The notes: generated by a model from the letters alone, not told the origin. A stretch of DNA of 32,000 bases from Aliivibrio fischeri ES114 (GCF_000011805.1 NC_006840.2), one strand, 5' to 3'. Positions 12,653 through 23,414 are shown, counted from the first letter of the stretch. Translations and numbers: made by a program.

Positions 12653-13558
12653 TTACAATAGATGCTTTAAAGCGTGTTCAGCTCTTTCGTAGCCTAAATC
12701 TATCATTTCCGCAGTACGTTCAAATTCAAATGTTCCACATGCATCTCGTGCAATTTCAACCGTAATATCTGGCGGGTATGATGCTAGCTTTTGTCTCGCA
12801 ATGGTACTTTGCATCGCATCAAAGGCTTGGTTAGCAATATCATACATCCCTAAATCAATTCTTGATGTTTTTGCTGTTAAAGAACCAAAGTAGTCACTGA
12901 CTTTTCTATGGAACGGTGTGTCTTCTTCTTTTGAATCTTCAGCTGAAATATTTACTTGGTTAACTTCAAAGTCATCAATACTATGACTGATTTCTCCTGC
13001 TAAATTAACCGCTAACGTTATATCTGAATGGTCACCAAACGTTGGAGCAATCGGTACTGGGTTTAGCACACCACCATCAATTAACGTCTTACCATTAAAT
13101 TCAATCGGCATTAAATACAAAGGCAATGAAATAGACGCTCTAATAGCTTGTAACAAAGAGCCTTTTTGTAACCACACTTCTTTTTCATTACTGATATCAG
13201 CGGCAACCGCAGTATAAGGAATAGAAAGGTCTTCAATATGAAGATCGCCTAAAATATCCCCAAGACGATTCATTACTTTTTCGCCTTTAATTAAACCGCC
13301 TTTCCCCCAGTTAAAATCCATTAAAGAAACAATATCTAGCTTAGTGATTGTACGCATCCACGCTTCAAACTCATCAAGTTTACCTGCAGCATAAACACCT
13401 CCAACGACAGTACCAATTGAGCAGCCTGAAACCGATACAATCTCAAAGTTATGCTCTTCTAACCAACGGATAACGCCAATATGAGCAAGCCCTCTTGCCC
13501 CTCCGCTACCAAGAACAAGCGATACTGTTTTTTTTCTCATGGTTTTTCTCCCTTCCAT
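12653..13558 (-). CDS. Patatin-like phospholipase (RssA-like)
   Basis: 301 aa. GSGGARGLAHIGV oxyanion motif, GCSIGTVVG serine motif and DGG motif. Confidence 0.88.
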   Translation of the reverse strand: MEGRKTMRKKTVSLVLGSGGARGLAHIGVIRWLEEHNFEIVSVSGCSIGTVVGGVYAAGKLDEFEAWMRTITKLDIVSLMDFNWGKGGLIKGEKVMNRLGDILGDLHIEDLSIPYTAVAADISNEKEVWLQKGSLLQAIRASISLPLYLMPIEFNGKTLIDGGVLNPVPIAPTFGDHSDITLAVNLAGEISHSIDDFEVNQVNISAEDSKEEDTPFHRKVSDYFGSLTAKTSRIDLGMYDIANQAFDAMQSTIARQKLASYPPDITVEIARDACGTFEFERTAEMIDLGYERAEHALKHLL

Positions 13559-13566
13559 GATGTGAA

Positions 13567-14037
13567 TTACTCAGCTTTAATATCCAAAAACTGCGCATTT
13601 AGCACTTGTTGTAAATCTTTTGGCGCAAGACCAATATCTAAACCTCTTTTACCACCACTAACATAAATGCTTTCCAGAGATTCAGCTGTAATATCAATGA
13701 CTGTTTTTAAGCGCTTCTTTTGACCAAGAGGACTGACACCTCCAAGCACATAGCCAGTTGTCTTTTGAACCACAGCAGGATCAGCCATTTTTGCTTTTTT
13801 ACCTTTAACCGCTTTTGCAATTAGCTTCATACTAAGTTGCTCTGCAACTGGAATAATACCTACAACGAGCTCTTTTTCATCCACTTGTACAACTAATGTT
13901 TTAAATACTTCTTTTTGATCTAATCCCAACTTTTCCGCTGCCTCAAGACCATATGCTTGAGCTTTAGGATCATGATGATACTCAAGCACCTGATGTTCAA
14001 TTTTTGCTTTTTTTAATAACTTTGTTGCTGGTGTCAT
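13567..14037 (-). CDS. ybaK: YbaK/EbsC-type Cys-tRNA(Pro) deacylase
   Basis: 156 aa. MTPATKLLKKAKIEH...; KTLVVQVD and GYVLGGVSPLGQKK motifs. Confidence 0.88.
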   Translation of the reverse strand: MTPATKLLKKAKIEHQVLEYHHDPKAQAYGLEAAEKLGLDQKEVFKTLVVQVDEKELVVGIIPVAEQLSMKLIAKAVKGKKAKMADPAVVQKTTGYVLGGVSPLGQKKRLKTVIDITAESLESIYVSGGKRGLDIGLAPKDLQQVLNAQFLDIKAE

Positions 14038-14545
14038 GGTGTTACGCCTTAAAAATAATTCTATATTTTGAAATACGTTCGTTCAGGTCGCTCAAACTGC
14101 AATAAGACAGAACAGCACTCAATTCTCCTGAACCAGTTAATATTAAAAACAATGCACCTATTAAGTGCTATCTATCAATACACTTGCAAATCTTATTGTT
14201 GAAGTACTAAGGTTAGAATGCAACCTAGCCTCAACGATGGATTGATCAATATCAACTCACTCTGAAAATTGTAACCCACTCATATCCCTATCTGCAGTAA
14301 TTCATATTACATCAAGAAAAGATATTTTTATCCTTGTTACGGCTTATAAAACTGACAACAAATCGTATCACAATCCATTAACCTAATCTTAAAGCCTGCT
14401 CATACTCTTGATCACACCTTATGAATAATTCAGTCAATTCTGAGTTATTTTTATGGAATAGATTCTGTATCACCTCAATTATGTGGTATAAAAAGCACGC
14501 TTTCTTTTCTGATGTTTTAACTACTTCCTATAGGTTCCCGTTATT

Positions 14546-16294
14546 ATGAAAAGCGATATTGAAATCTGCCAAACTGCGACACTTACACGAATGAAAACGA
14601 TTGCGTCAAACTTAGGACTGCATGATGATGACATTACTCCGCAAGGTCCATTTAAGGCAAAAGTAAATATCGACGCCTTAAAACGATTAAAATCAGAACC
14701 AAATGGTAAATTAATTTTAGTCAGCGCCATCACTCCAACACCACTTGGTGAAGGTAAAACGGTAACCACTATTGGCCTTGCTCAAGGGCTAGCTAAATTA
14801 GGTGAATCCGTCAGTGCTTGTATTCGACAGCCATCAATGGGGCCGGTTTTTGGTGTAAAAGGAGGTGCCGCTGGCGGTGGTTATAGCCAAGTAGCTCCAA
14901 TGGAAGAGTTAAACCTACACTTAACTGGTGACATTCATGCCATCACCGCAGCCCATAACCTAGCTTCTGCTGCCATTGATGCTCGTATCTATCATGAACA
15001 GCGTTTAGGTTATGATGTTTTCTCAGAAAAGAATGAGTTACCCGCTTTGCGTATTGACCCTCAACACGTGGTCTGGAAACGTGTAATGGATCACAACGAT
15101 CGTGCTCTTCGCATGGTAACCATTGGCAAAAATGAAGACGGCAAAACCATTAATGGCTATGAGCGTGAAGATGGGTTTGATATTACTGCAGCTTCAGAAT
15201 TAATGGCTATCTTAGCACTTGCAACCGATTTACAAGACTTACGCCAACGAATTGGTCGTATTGTTGTTGCTTATAATTTAGATGGTGAACCAGTAACGAC
15301 TGAAGATTTACAAGTCGCTGGTGCAATGACGGTAACCATGAAGTTTGCGATTAATCCAACATTGATGCAGACATTGGAAGGTGTACCTACCTTTGTTCAC
15401 TCTGGACCATTTGCAAATATTGCCCACGGTAACTCATCAATCATTGCTGATAACATCGCTTTAAAATTAACGGATTATACCGTTACCGAAGGTGGCTTTG
15501 GTTCAGATATGGGATTCGAAAAAGCCTGTAATATCAAAGCACCGTTATCAGAAAAATCACCAGATTGTGCGGTTCTAGTCGCAACATTACGTGGTATTAA
15601 AGCCAATTCAGGCCTATTCCCTCTATCACCAGGCCAATCGCTACCTAAAGAATTATTTGCTCCAAATAAAGAAGCATTAGATGCGGGTCTTGATAACTTA
15701 TTATGGCACATCAATAACTGTGCTAAATACGGTTTGCCTGTCGTTGTCGCTATTAACCGATTCCCGGAAGACACTCAAGAAGAACTAGATTCATTATTAA
15801 ATTGGGTTTCTAATTTAGACATGAATGTCGATGTAGCAATTAGCGAAGCGTTTGTTAAAGGCGGGAACGGCACATTAGAGTTAGCTGAAAAAGTAATTAA
15901 AGCGTGTCAACAAGAGACACAATTTACTCCTTTATATACTTCTGAGATGAGCCTATTCGATAAACTTAATGCTGTAGCAATAAAAGGTTATGGCGCTGAA
16001 CGAATTGAATTATCAGAAAAAGCCCAACAACAATTAGCGACATTTGAAAAATTAGGTTACCAATCATTATCTGTCTGTATGGCAAAAACACCTGCTTCTA
16101 TTTCTACAGATGGAAATATCAAAGGTGCGCCAACGGATTTTATTGTGCCTATCAGAGAATTAAAACTCTGTGCAGGTGCTGGCTTTATCTATGCATTATG
16201 CGGAAATGTAATGACAATGCCAGGGTTACCAGAAAAGCCAGCATTCATGAATTTGGACATTGATGGCGATGGTAACATCGTTGGATTAAGCTAA
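14546..16294 (+). CDS. fhs: Formate--tetrahydrofolate ligase
   Basis: 582 aa. [11 protein letters not shown]...; [22 protein letters not shown] motif and C-terminal [16 protein letters not shown]. Confidence 0.95.
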   Translation: MKSDIEICQTATLTRMKTIASNLGLHDDDITPQGPFKAKVNIDALKRLKSEPNGKLILVSAITPTPLGEGKTVTTIGLAQGLAKLGESVSACIRQPSMGPVFGVKGGAAGGGYSQVAPMEELNLHLTGDIHAITAAHNLASAAIDARIYHEQRLGYDVFSEKNELPALRIDPQHVVWKRVMDHNDRALRMVTIGKNEDGKTINGYEREDGFDITAASELMAILALATDLQDLRQRIGRIVVAYNLDGEPVTTEDLQVAGAMTVTMKFAINPTLMQTLEGVPTFVHSGPFANIAHGNSSIIADNIALKLTDYTVTEGGFGSDMGFEKACNIKAPLSEKSPDCAVLVATLRGIKANSGLFPLSPGQSLPKELFAPNKEALDAGLDNLLWHINNCAKYGLPVVVAINRFPEDTQEELDSLLNWVSNLDMNVDVAISEAFVKGGNGTLELAEKVIKACQQETQFTPLYTSEMSLFDKLNAVAIKGYGAERIELSEKAQQQLATFEKLGYQSLSVCMAKTPASISTDGNIKGAPTDFIVPIRELKLCAGAGFIYALCGNVMTMPGLPEKPAFMNLDIDGDGNIVGLS

Positions 16295-16304
16295 GATCAC
16301 ATAA

Positions 16305-16898
<594 letters not shown>

Positions 16899-16922
16899 TT
16901 CAGCTAACATAAAACCAATTTT

Positions 16923-16948
16923 AATCCTCGCCTTTGCGGGGATTTTTT
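16923..16948 (+). terminator. Rho-independent terminator after the YfbU-like gene
   Basis: AATCCTCGC-cttt-GCGGGGATTTTTT. Confidence 0.8.
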
Positions 16949-16984
16949 ATACCCGCGATACAACCACAGAACTAATAAACAAAA

Positions 16985-17012
16985 AATCCTCACTGACGGA
17001 TCAGTGAGGATT
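16985..17012 (-). terminator. Rho-independent terminator after the porin gene
   Basis: Perfect 12-bp stem AATCCTCACTGA-cgga-TCAGTGAGGATT, with T-tract on the minus strand. Confidence 0.8.
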
Positions 17013-17089
17013 GAGCTTCTAACCTGATTGATAGTTAACTAAAAATCCACCCTTATAGATTAACAGTTGTATCAATATTATCGGTCAGA

Positions 17090-18139
17090 TTAGAATTCAT
17101 AGCGAAGACCTAAGTGGTAGTAATCTTCTTCAGCGTTATTCCAATCAGTCATAACAGGGCCGGCGGTTGTTACATTACCATTATCGCCATCACGCATTAC
17201 ATAGCTTGTGTAAATAGAAGAACGCTCTGTTAAATGATATTGAACTTCGAATGTTGTATCTTTATATTCCGCTTCATCACCACCACTGTTTTCTAAAGAA
17301 CGGTAACCAACGCGAGCTGTCCAATCATCGTTAATGTTATATACAGCTGTTAATTCGTAGCTCTTATCTGTTGATTTATCAGAGTAAACACCTTCAATTT
17401 CATCTTGGTTATACATTGCGCCAAGCGTTAATGCATTTAGTTTATATTGAAGACCTGCACCCCAAAATGTGTAATCTGCATCAGGGTTAATTGCATTATC
17501 ACCAGTGCTGTTTGCTTGATATGCTAATACAGGAGCTAATGTACCAGCATCACCTAAATCAAATGTATAACGACCAACCGCATTATAAGAACCATCTTGA
17601 TCTGAATCTGTATTACCTAAAATGTAAGCAACAGACATATCAAAAGCACCAAAGCTGTTTTGATATTGGATAGTACCGTCTTGGCGGAATGTTTGAGCCG
17701 ATGAGTTATCAACTAGCTGTAATTGACGACCTAAAACCACATCAGATGCAGCAAATACATCACCAATATCTGAAAGCATAATGATACCTGAAGCCACACG
17801 ACCAAATGTAACTTTACCTGCTTCAGATGCATCAATCCCTGCCCATACGTAACGAGGAGACCAATCACCATTACCGCGAGCTTCAGCAGCGTTTACTTGG
17901 TATTCAGCCCAACCAATTACAGAAACTTTATCGTTAACTACTTGAGAACCACCTAAACCAATACGAGCATCAAAATTACCAACTGAATCTCCGTCATCGT
18001 TACGATCAGTAATATTGAAACCTAAACGGCTATATACATCGATTGTCGAACCATCTTCTGCTGTATATACAGTTGCAGCTGATGCTGAGCCAGCCATTAA
18101 TAGTGCTGGTACCGCTAGTGCTAAAAGTGTCTTTTTCAT
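17090..18139 (-). CDS. Gram-negative general porin (OmpU/OmpC-like)
   Basis: 349 aa. Signal peptide MKKTLLALAVPALLMAGSASA, porin beta-strands and C-terminal ...LGLRYEF. Confidence 0.93.
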   Translation of the reverse strand: MKKTLLALAVPALLMAGSASAATVYTAEDGSTIDVYSRLGFNITDRNDDGDSVGNFDARIGLGGSQVVNDKVSVIGWAEYQVNAAEARGNGDWSPRYVWAGIDASEAGKVTFGRVASGIIMLSDIGDVFAASDVVLGRQLQLVDNSSAQTFRQDGTIQYQNSFGAFDMSVAYILGNTDSDQDGSYNAVGRYTFDLGDAGTLAPVLAYQANSTGDNAINPDADYTFWGAGLQYKLNALTLGAMYNQDEIEGVYSDKSTDKSYELTAVYNINDDWTARVGYRSLENSGGDEAEYKDTTFEVQYHLTERSSIYTSYVMRDGDNGNVTTAGPVMTDWNNAEEDYYHLGLRYEF

Positions 18140-18443
18140 GTTCTATACCCTATATATTTAAATTTATATTGGTTTGATGGCTCTTTTAATGAACACCAAA
18201 CTCAAGAATTCTTGCATTCCATACATGTTTTCTGAATCCGTTGACAACAATCATGCAATATTAATTCGCTTCACAAAATTAATAGGAGGAATAGTTTGAA
18301 GGGGCTCAAAAACACAGCACATAAAAAAACAAAAAACATTTTAAAACATATAGATATAAAGAATTGATAAATTTAACTTTTAGGAAAATTTTCCTCCAAC
18401 TTGGTTTACATCACAAAATAACGGTTATAAAAGAGAGCTTACG

Positions 18444-18457
18444 GTGATCAAAATCAC
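18444..18457. promoter_or_regulatory. Putative CRP-like site upstream of rlmA
   Basis: GTGA-tcaaaa-TCAC core, symmetric with 6-nt spacing. Confidence 0.4.
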
Positions 18458-18629
18458 TCTATTTTTACAACAAAAAAGGTCTTATTAGCTTCTATTAGGA
18501 GGTGTATTTGAAGTGAATCACATTATTAATTTTGAGAGTAAAAATAAATAGACCATAATTATTTTCACTGATAGTTCTTTTTATTCAATAAACGAACCAG
18601 TACACTGCTGCTTCTCTTTAATTCTAGGT

Positions 18630-19445
18630 ATGGTTATGTCTTATCAATGTCCTTTGTGCCAGCATGAGTTGCACTTTTCTAACAATCAATATCGTTGTGA
18701 AAACAATCATCAATTTGATAACGCAAAAGAAGGTTATGTAAACCTAATGCCTGCTCATCACAAACGTTCTAAAAATCCAGGTGATAATAAAGAGATGATG
18801 CAAGCAAGACGTGCATTTTTAGAAGCTGGGCATTACCAACCAATGCAGCAAAAAGTGGCTGATTTATGTCAACAGTACGTCAACAGCGATTCAGCCTCTT
18901 TACTGGATATTGGTTGTGGTGAAGGTTATTACACCTCCAAAATAGCTGCTCAACTGGATGGTAAAGAAGCACAGGTCTTTGGTTTAGATATTTCTAAAGT
19001 AGCTATTAAGTATGCAGCTAAAAGATATTTAAACTGTAAATTTAGTGTCGCTTCAAGCCATCGTTTACCTTTTGCAGATCAAAGCTTAGATGGCGTTGTT
19101 CGCATCTATGCTCCTTGCAAGGGTGAAGAATTGCATCGTGCAATTAAAGATGGAGGCTACCTGTTTACAGTAACACCTGCTGGCCATCATCTATATGAAT
19201 TACGTGAAGGCGTTTATGGTGATGTTCGCTTACACGATGAAGAACCAGAAAATATAAATGGATTTGAACTTATTGAAGAGCAGAAATTAACTTACCATAT
19301 GCAATTAAATGCTACAGAAGCATTACAGCTGCTTGATATGACGCCATTCGCTTGGAAAGCAACTTCTGAGTTTAAAATGAACCTAAAAGCGTTAGAAAAC
19401 TTCAATTGTAAAGCCGATTTCATGATTCGAGTTTACAAAAAATAG
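18630..19445 (+). CDS. rlmA: 23S rRNA (guanine(745)-N(1))-methyltransferase
   Basis: 271 aa. N-terminal zinc site CPLCQHELHF...C..NHQFD, KEGYVNLMP, and SAM motif LLDIGCGEGYYT. Confidence 0.92.
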   Translation: MVMSYQCPLCQHELHFSNNQYRCENNHQFDNAKEGYVNLMPAHHKRSKNPGDNKEMMQARRAFLEAGHYQPMQQKVADLCQQYVNSDSASLLDIGCGEGYYTSKIAAQLDGKEAQVFGLDISKVAIKYAAKRYLNCKFSVASSHRLPFADQSLDGVVRIYAPCKGEELHRAIKDGGYLFTVTPAGHHLYELREGVYGDVRLHDEEPENINGFELIEEQKLTYHMQLNATEALQLLDMTPFAWKATSEFKMNLKALENFNCKADFMIRVYKK

Positions 19446-19462
19446 CCCTATCTCAAAAATAA

Positions 19463-19510
19463 GACACCACATAATTCCATGATAAATAAGGATTTATATG
19501 GTGTTTTTTA
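19463..19510 (+). terminator. Hairpin and T-tract, probable rlmA terminator
   Basis: ACACCACATAA...TTATATGGTGTTTTTT imperfect hairpin. Confidence 0.5.
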
Positions 19511-19696
19511 TTTCCCTGTCGAAAAACCCTCAAGCTTGTTCTCATTTTTAAAGCATTCCTGTCTACACTATAAAAACGCAGCGTGAAAACTTGACATAGA
19601 TCACAATGCATCGATAAAACAAACTTTATCGAACTTCAAAGAGCATTATTTGGAGAGCTATTGTCTGGTCTGATACTTACATAATAATCAATATGG

Positions 19697-20308
19697 ATGA
19701 ATCTTATGAAGTACTTACTTTCTTGCGCATTGCTGCTTATCTCTTGTAACTGTTTTGCTAAATTTGATGGTCTTTACCTATCATCAGGCTTGGCTAAATC
19801 ATCACTCACTCTTAACGGTGCTGAAATTGATTTAGATAACGGATTATTTATCAAAGCAGGCTACCCATTTATGCTTGCTCCAGAGTATTACCTTATTGTT
19901 GAACTTGAATATAATAAACTGGGTGATTATGAACATCATTATTCAAATGGCGCTAATTACGACAACACAGAGGTCGAAGCGAGCTCTATAGGAGCAAACT
20001 TAAAATACCAATCTTATTTGTTTGATACCGAGTTTTACCTAGCAAGTATTTTGGGTGTACATCAATATTCTTTAGATTTAATGGTTGATACGTATTCTCA
20101 AAATACGCTAAATGGAAAAACAATTACCACAACCATTACTGGTGAGAATTCAATTAGAGAAGTAGGTTTATCATATGGAGTGGAGTTAGGATACTCGCTG
20201 CCCTACTCTCTAAATATTGCAGCGAGTTATACGATGGGACGTATTATAGCTAATGGAATTGGAATCGATTTCATTACCAGTCAGGTTACATTAAGTTACG
20301 TCTTTTAA
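19697..20308 (+). CDS. Outer-membrane beta-barrel protein (OmpA-like/porin-family fold)
   Basis: 203 aa. Signal peptide MNLMKYLLSCALLLISCNCFA, alternating beta-strands and aromatic C-terminus VTLSYVF. Confidence 0.75.
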   Translation: MNLMKYLLSCALLLISCNCFAKFDGLYLSSGLAKSSLTLNGAEIDLDNGLFIKAGYPFMLAPEYYLIVELEYNKLGDYEHHYSNGANYDNTEVEASSIGANLKYQSYLFDTEFYLASILGVHQYSLDLMVDTYSQNTLNGKTITTTITGENSIREVGLSYGVELGYSLPYSLNIAASYTMGRIIANGIGIDFITSQVTLSYVF

Positions 20309-21697
20309 AGGAGCTTGGTGATCTGCTCTTAACTCTTTGTCTTTAACTAATGATTGTTTCAATAAGGCAGAATAAAGGGGTTGACCACCTAAAGCTTGAG
20401 CAATAAACGTTGCGCCTAATGTTGTAACCAATAAAGGTAAAATTAATTGATAATTATTGGTCATTTCTACAACAAGAATCACCCCAGTTACTGGTGCTCT
20501 AACCGTTGCTGCAAACAGTGCGCCCATGCCAGCAATCGCATAAACACCAGGTTCCGCTATCCAACCAGGGAACCAAGCTGACATCACCATACCATAAGAT
20601 AAGCCAAGCAAAGTGCCTAAAGCTAACATTGGGGCAAAAATCCCCCCTGGTGCACCCGATGAAAAACAAGCAACAGTCACAATCACTCGAAGAACAAAGA
20701 AGCCAACCATAAGAATCCAAGCCATTGGGCTATGAAACATTTCAGTAATGATCGCCATGCCACTGCCTGAAAGTTCGGGAGCAACTAAATGTAAGAATGA
20801 GAAGGTAGCACCAAAAGCCGCCCCCATCAGAACAATTCGAGATAATTTGTTCTGATGAAATTTCTTAACTTTACTTGTTCCTTTAAGAATCCATTTATTA
20901 AAGTTTACTCCAATAATGCCAAAGATAATCCCTAAAATAGCAAACAAGATAAGGGATCTTAGTGGTGGAACTTCAAAACTAGGGATGGTTAAAAAGGCTT
21001 CCTGTCCATGTAATGAACGCATAACGATCGTTGCAACCGCTGTTGCTAATGTCACGCATTTAATTGAAGTAATGTTATATCTAAATTGTGGTCGCATCTC
21101 TTCTACAATAAAAAGAATACCTGCTAGTGGCGCATTAAAGGCAGCAGCCAAGCCAGCAGCAGCACCCGCAGCAGTCAAAATATGAGAAGAGTGACTAAAT
21201 CGCTTTCCTTTACTCGCAACCATTCGCCCTACCGCACCACCAATTTGTATAGAAGGCCCTTCACGCCCCAATACCATTCCAGATCCAATAGTTAATGTAC
21301 CTGCAATAAATTTAACAGGTAGAACTCGATGCCAACGAATTTCATGCGTGCCATCCAATGCGCCTTCAATGTGTGGAATACCACTACCTGCTACTTCTGG
21401 AGCAAACTTAAACGTTAACCAAAAACCTAACGCAGCCATTGCAGCACCAGCAACTACAGCACCAATTGGAGCAATAAATTCAGAATAAGGAAGTGAATCA
21501 AGAAAATGTAAGCGCTGTTCACCAATGAGTCGAATAGACGCTTCAAACATGGCAACAACGGAACCAGCAATACCGCCAACTAAAGCAGATAAAAGCAGCA
21601 GTGCATAGTAATCAGTTTGTGTGGTTAAAAATTTTGGAGTTGTGCGATGTTTGAGCATCCCACCTTGAAAGAAACGAAAATTGGGTGATTTTGGCAT
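20291..21697 (-). CDS. clcA: H(+)/Cl(-) exchange transporter ClcA
   Basis: 468 aa. GSGIPHIEGAL, GREGPSIQIGG and GGIFAPML selectivity-filter motifs. Confidence 0.95.
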   Translation of the reverse strand: MPKSPNFRFFQGGMLKHRTTPKFLTTQTDYYALLLLSALVGGIAGSVVAMFEASIRLIGEQRLHFLDSLPYSEFIAPIGAVVAGAAMAALGFWLTFKFAPEVAGSGIPHIEGALDGTHEIRWHRVLPVKFIAGTLTIGSGMVLGREGPSIQIGGAVGRMVASKGKRFSHSSHILTAAGAAAGLAAAFNAPLAGILFIVEEMRPQFRYNITSIKCVTLATAVATIVMRSLHGQEAFLTIPSFEVPPLRSLILFAILGIIFGIIGVNFNKWILKGTSKVKKFHQNKLSRIVLMGAAFGATFSFLHLVAPELSGSGMAIITEMFHSPMAWILMVGFFVLRVIVTVACFSSGAPGGIFAPMLALGTLLGLSYGMVMSAWFPGWIAEPGVYAIAGMGALFAATVRAPVTGVILVVEMTNNYQLILPLLVTTLGATFIAQALGGQPLYSALLKQSLVKDKELRADHQAPLKDVT

Positions 21698-21835
21698 TTA
21701 TCGAATCAACTTAGCACGTAAAGAGCATTGGCAACATTTATTAGAATAAGATCACAAATAATTATACGCTTCAGCAGCCGATAGACCCTAACCATTTACA
21801 AAAACTTAGATTGATTAAATGACCGAGATCGACCT

Positions 21836-21849
21836 TTGATATAAATCAA
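21836..21849. promoter_or_regulatory. Perfect-consensus FNR box
   Basis: TTGAT-ATAA-ATCAA, about 140 bp upstream of the clcA start codon. Confidence 0.55.
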
Positions 21850-21906
21850 ATAAATAACTCCTAGTAATTCTGTTACAAAACGAATAACAAAAATTTCTAT
21901 GAGACA

Positions 21907-21942
21907 CAAAAAACCCGCAGAACTGTGTAATTCTACGGGTTT
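21907..21942 (-). terminator. Rho-independent terminator after lpxM
   Basis: AAAAAACCCG-c-AGAA...TTCT-a-CGGGTTT hairpin. The minus strand has a T-tract after the stem. Confidence 0.75.
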
Positions 21943-21968
21943 CAAATAAGAGCCGAATAACAAAAAAG

Positions 21969-22922
21969 TTAATACAAACGGCTACCACCTGGACGAGAGC
22001 GTAGTAAGTTTAATACCCACATATATTGTTCAGGACGCTCAGTCACAAGCTGCTCAATAGCAATATTCATCGCGCGAGCATCTGTTTCTTCATCACCAGA
22101 TGGAAAATCAGCAATAGCTGGTAAGGTAATAATTTCAAACTGACCCGTTTCAGAGTTATAAGATGGTAACATTGGCACTACTTTCGCTTTTGATAAGCGA
22201 GCTAATTTACCAAACCCTTTTAGCGTCGCTTTCTGAGTCGCAAAGAAAGGTACAAATACACTATTTTGAGGACCATGATCTTCATCTGGTAGGTAATACG
22301 CTAAATAACCTTCTTTAATTGCTTTAATTAACGGTTTAATACCCGCACTACGAGCATAGATCTTACCGCCATATTGCATTCGCTGAACGTGCATTAGCCA
22401 GTCTGTAATTGGGTTTTTTTGTGGTTTCATCATTGTGGTTACATGATAACCACGAGAAGCTAATAAGATAGCTGGAAAATCAATAGCCCATGCATGAGGT
22501 GCTAAAATAATGATGTTTTCTTTCTGCTCAAGAAGAGGAAATAAATTCTCTCCTCCCACAAAAATACCGCGTTTTTCATTATGCTTACGGCTACGAACAA
22601 GCAACTCAGAAAAGCCAAGCATAACTTGAGCACCCGTAATATAAGTATCTTCAAGCAGTTTCTGTTGCTCTTGTTCTGATTTTTCAGGAAAACAGGTCGC
22701 AATATTTAACTTAGCACGCTTAATACCACCACTTGGTTTCTTAAGTACTAATTTAACGATTTTCGCTGCTAATTTGTCACGTAATCGAAATGGAATAAAA
22801 GCCAAAATAATAGCAAAACCAATCCCAAGCCACGTAGGCCAGTATTTAGGATGGAGAAATGCCCATTGAAATGTTGGGTTATAAACGTTTTTATCGATTT
22901 TTTCAGTCATGAATTGCTTCAC
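21969..22922 (-). CDS. lpxM: Lipid A biosynthesis acyltransferase (LpxM/MsbB-type)
   Basis: 317 aa. LpxL/LpxM acyltransferase family: APHAWAIDFPAILLASRGY, PDEDHGPQNSVFVPFF and WVLNLLRSRPGG. Confidence 0.85.
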   Translation of the reverse strand: MKQFMTEKIDKNVYNPTFQWAFLHPKYWPTWLGIGFAIILAFIPFRLRDKLAAKIVKLVLKKPSGGIKRAKLNIATCFPEKSEQEQQKLLEDTYITGAQVMLGFSELLVRSRKHNEKRGIFVGGENLFPLLEQKENIIILAPHAWAIDFPAILLASRGYHVTTMMKPQKNPITDWLMHVQRMQYGGKIYARSAGIKPLIKAIKEGYLAYYLPDEDHGPQNSVFVPFFATQKATLKGFGKLARLSKAKVVPMLPSYNSETGQFEIITLPAIADFPSGDEETDARAMNIAIEQLVTERPEQYMWVLNLLRSRPGGSRLY

Positions 22923-22988
22923 TGTCTCATTATTATAAGTGAGTTATGATATAACAAAGCATTGCTGATAGAAACCTAGGAGATAGGG

Positions 22989-23414
22989 ATGGCTTTCCAA
23001 TTACACCCACGTTTGCAACAAGACTGTATTGTTTTAGGAAATTTACCTTTATGTAAGGTACTTTTAATCAAAGAAGATATTGGCCCTTGGTTAATTTTGG
23101 TACCAAGAATTGAAGAATTAAAAGAAATTCATCACATGACTGATGAGCAACAGATCCAGTTTATTAAAGAATCAAGTGCAGTTGCTCAATTATTAGAAGA
23201 TAATTTCTCCCCTGATAAAATCAATATCGGTGCATTAGGTAATTTAGTACCTCAACTGCATATTCACCACATTGCTCGCTTCACTACTGATGTCGCTTGG
23301 CCGGGACCAGTATGGGGGAATACAACTGGCGTTATTCGTGCGCAATCCTCTCAAACTCAATTAGTTGATCTGCTAAGAGATAAATTAAGTAATATCTCAG
23401 GCTTTAAGCGATAA
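22989..23414 (+). CDS. HIT family protein
   Basis: 141 aa with LHIHHIARF histidine-triad-like motif and NIGALGNLVPQ. Confidence 0.9.
   Translation: MAFQLHPRLQQDCIVLGNLPLCKVLLIKEDIGPWLILVPRIEELKEIHHMTDEQQIQFIKESSAVAQLLEDNFSPDKINIGALGNLVPQLHIHHIARFTTDVAWPGPVWGNTTGVIRAQSSQTQLVDLLRDKLSNISGFKR

Noticed and set aside
15475-15774. Antisense 99-aa ORF in fhs
   Set aside because: Shadow ORF within a highly conserved enzyme gene.
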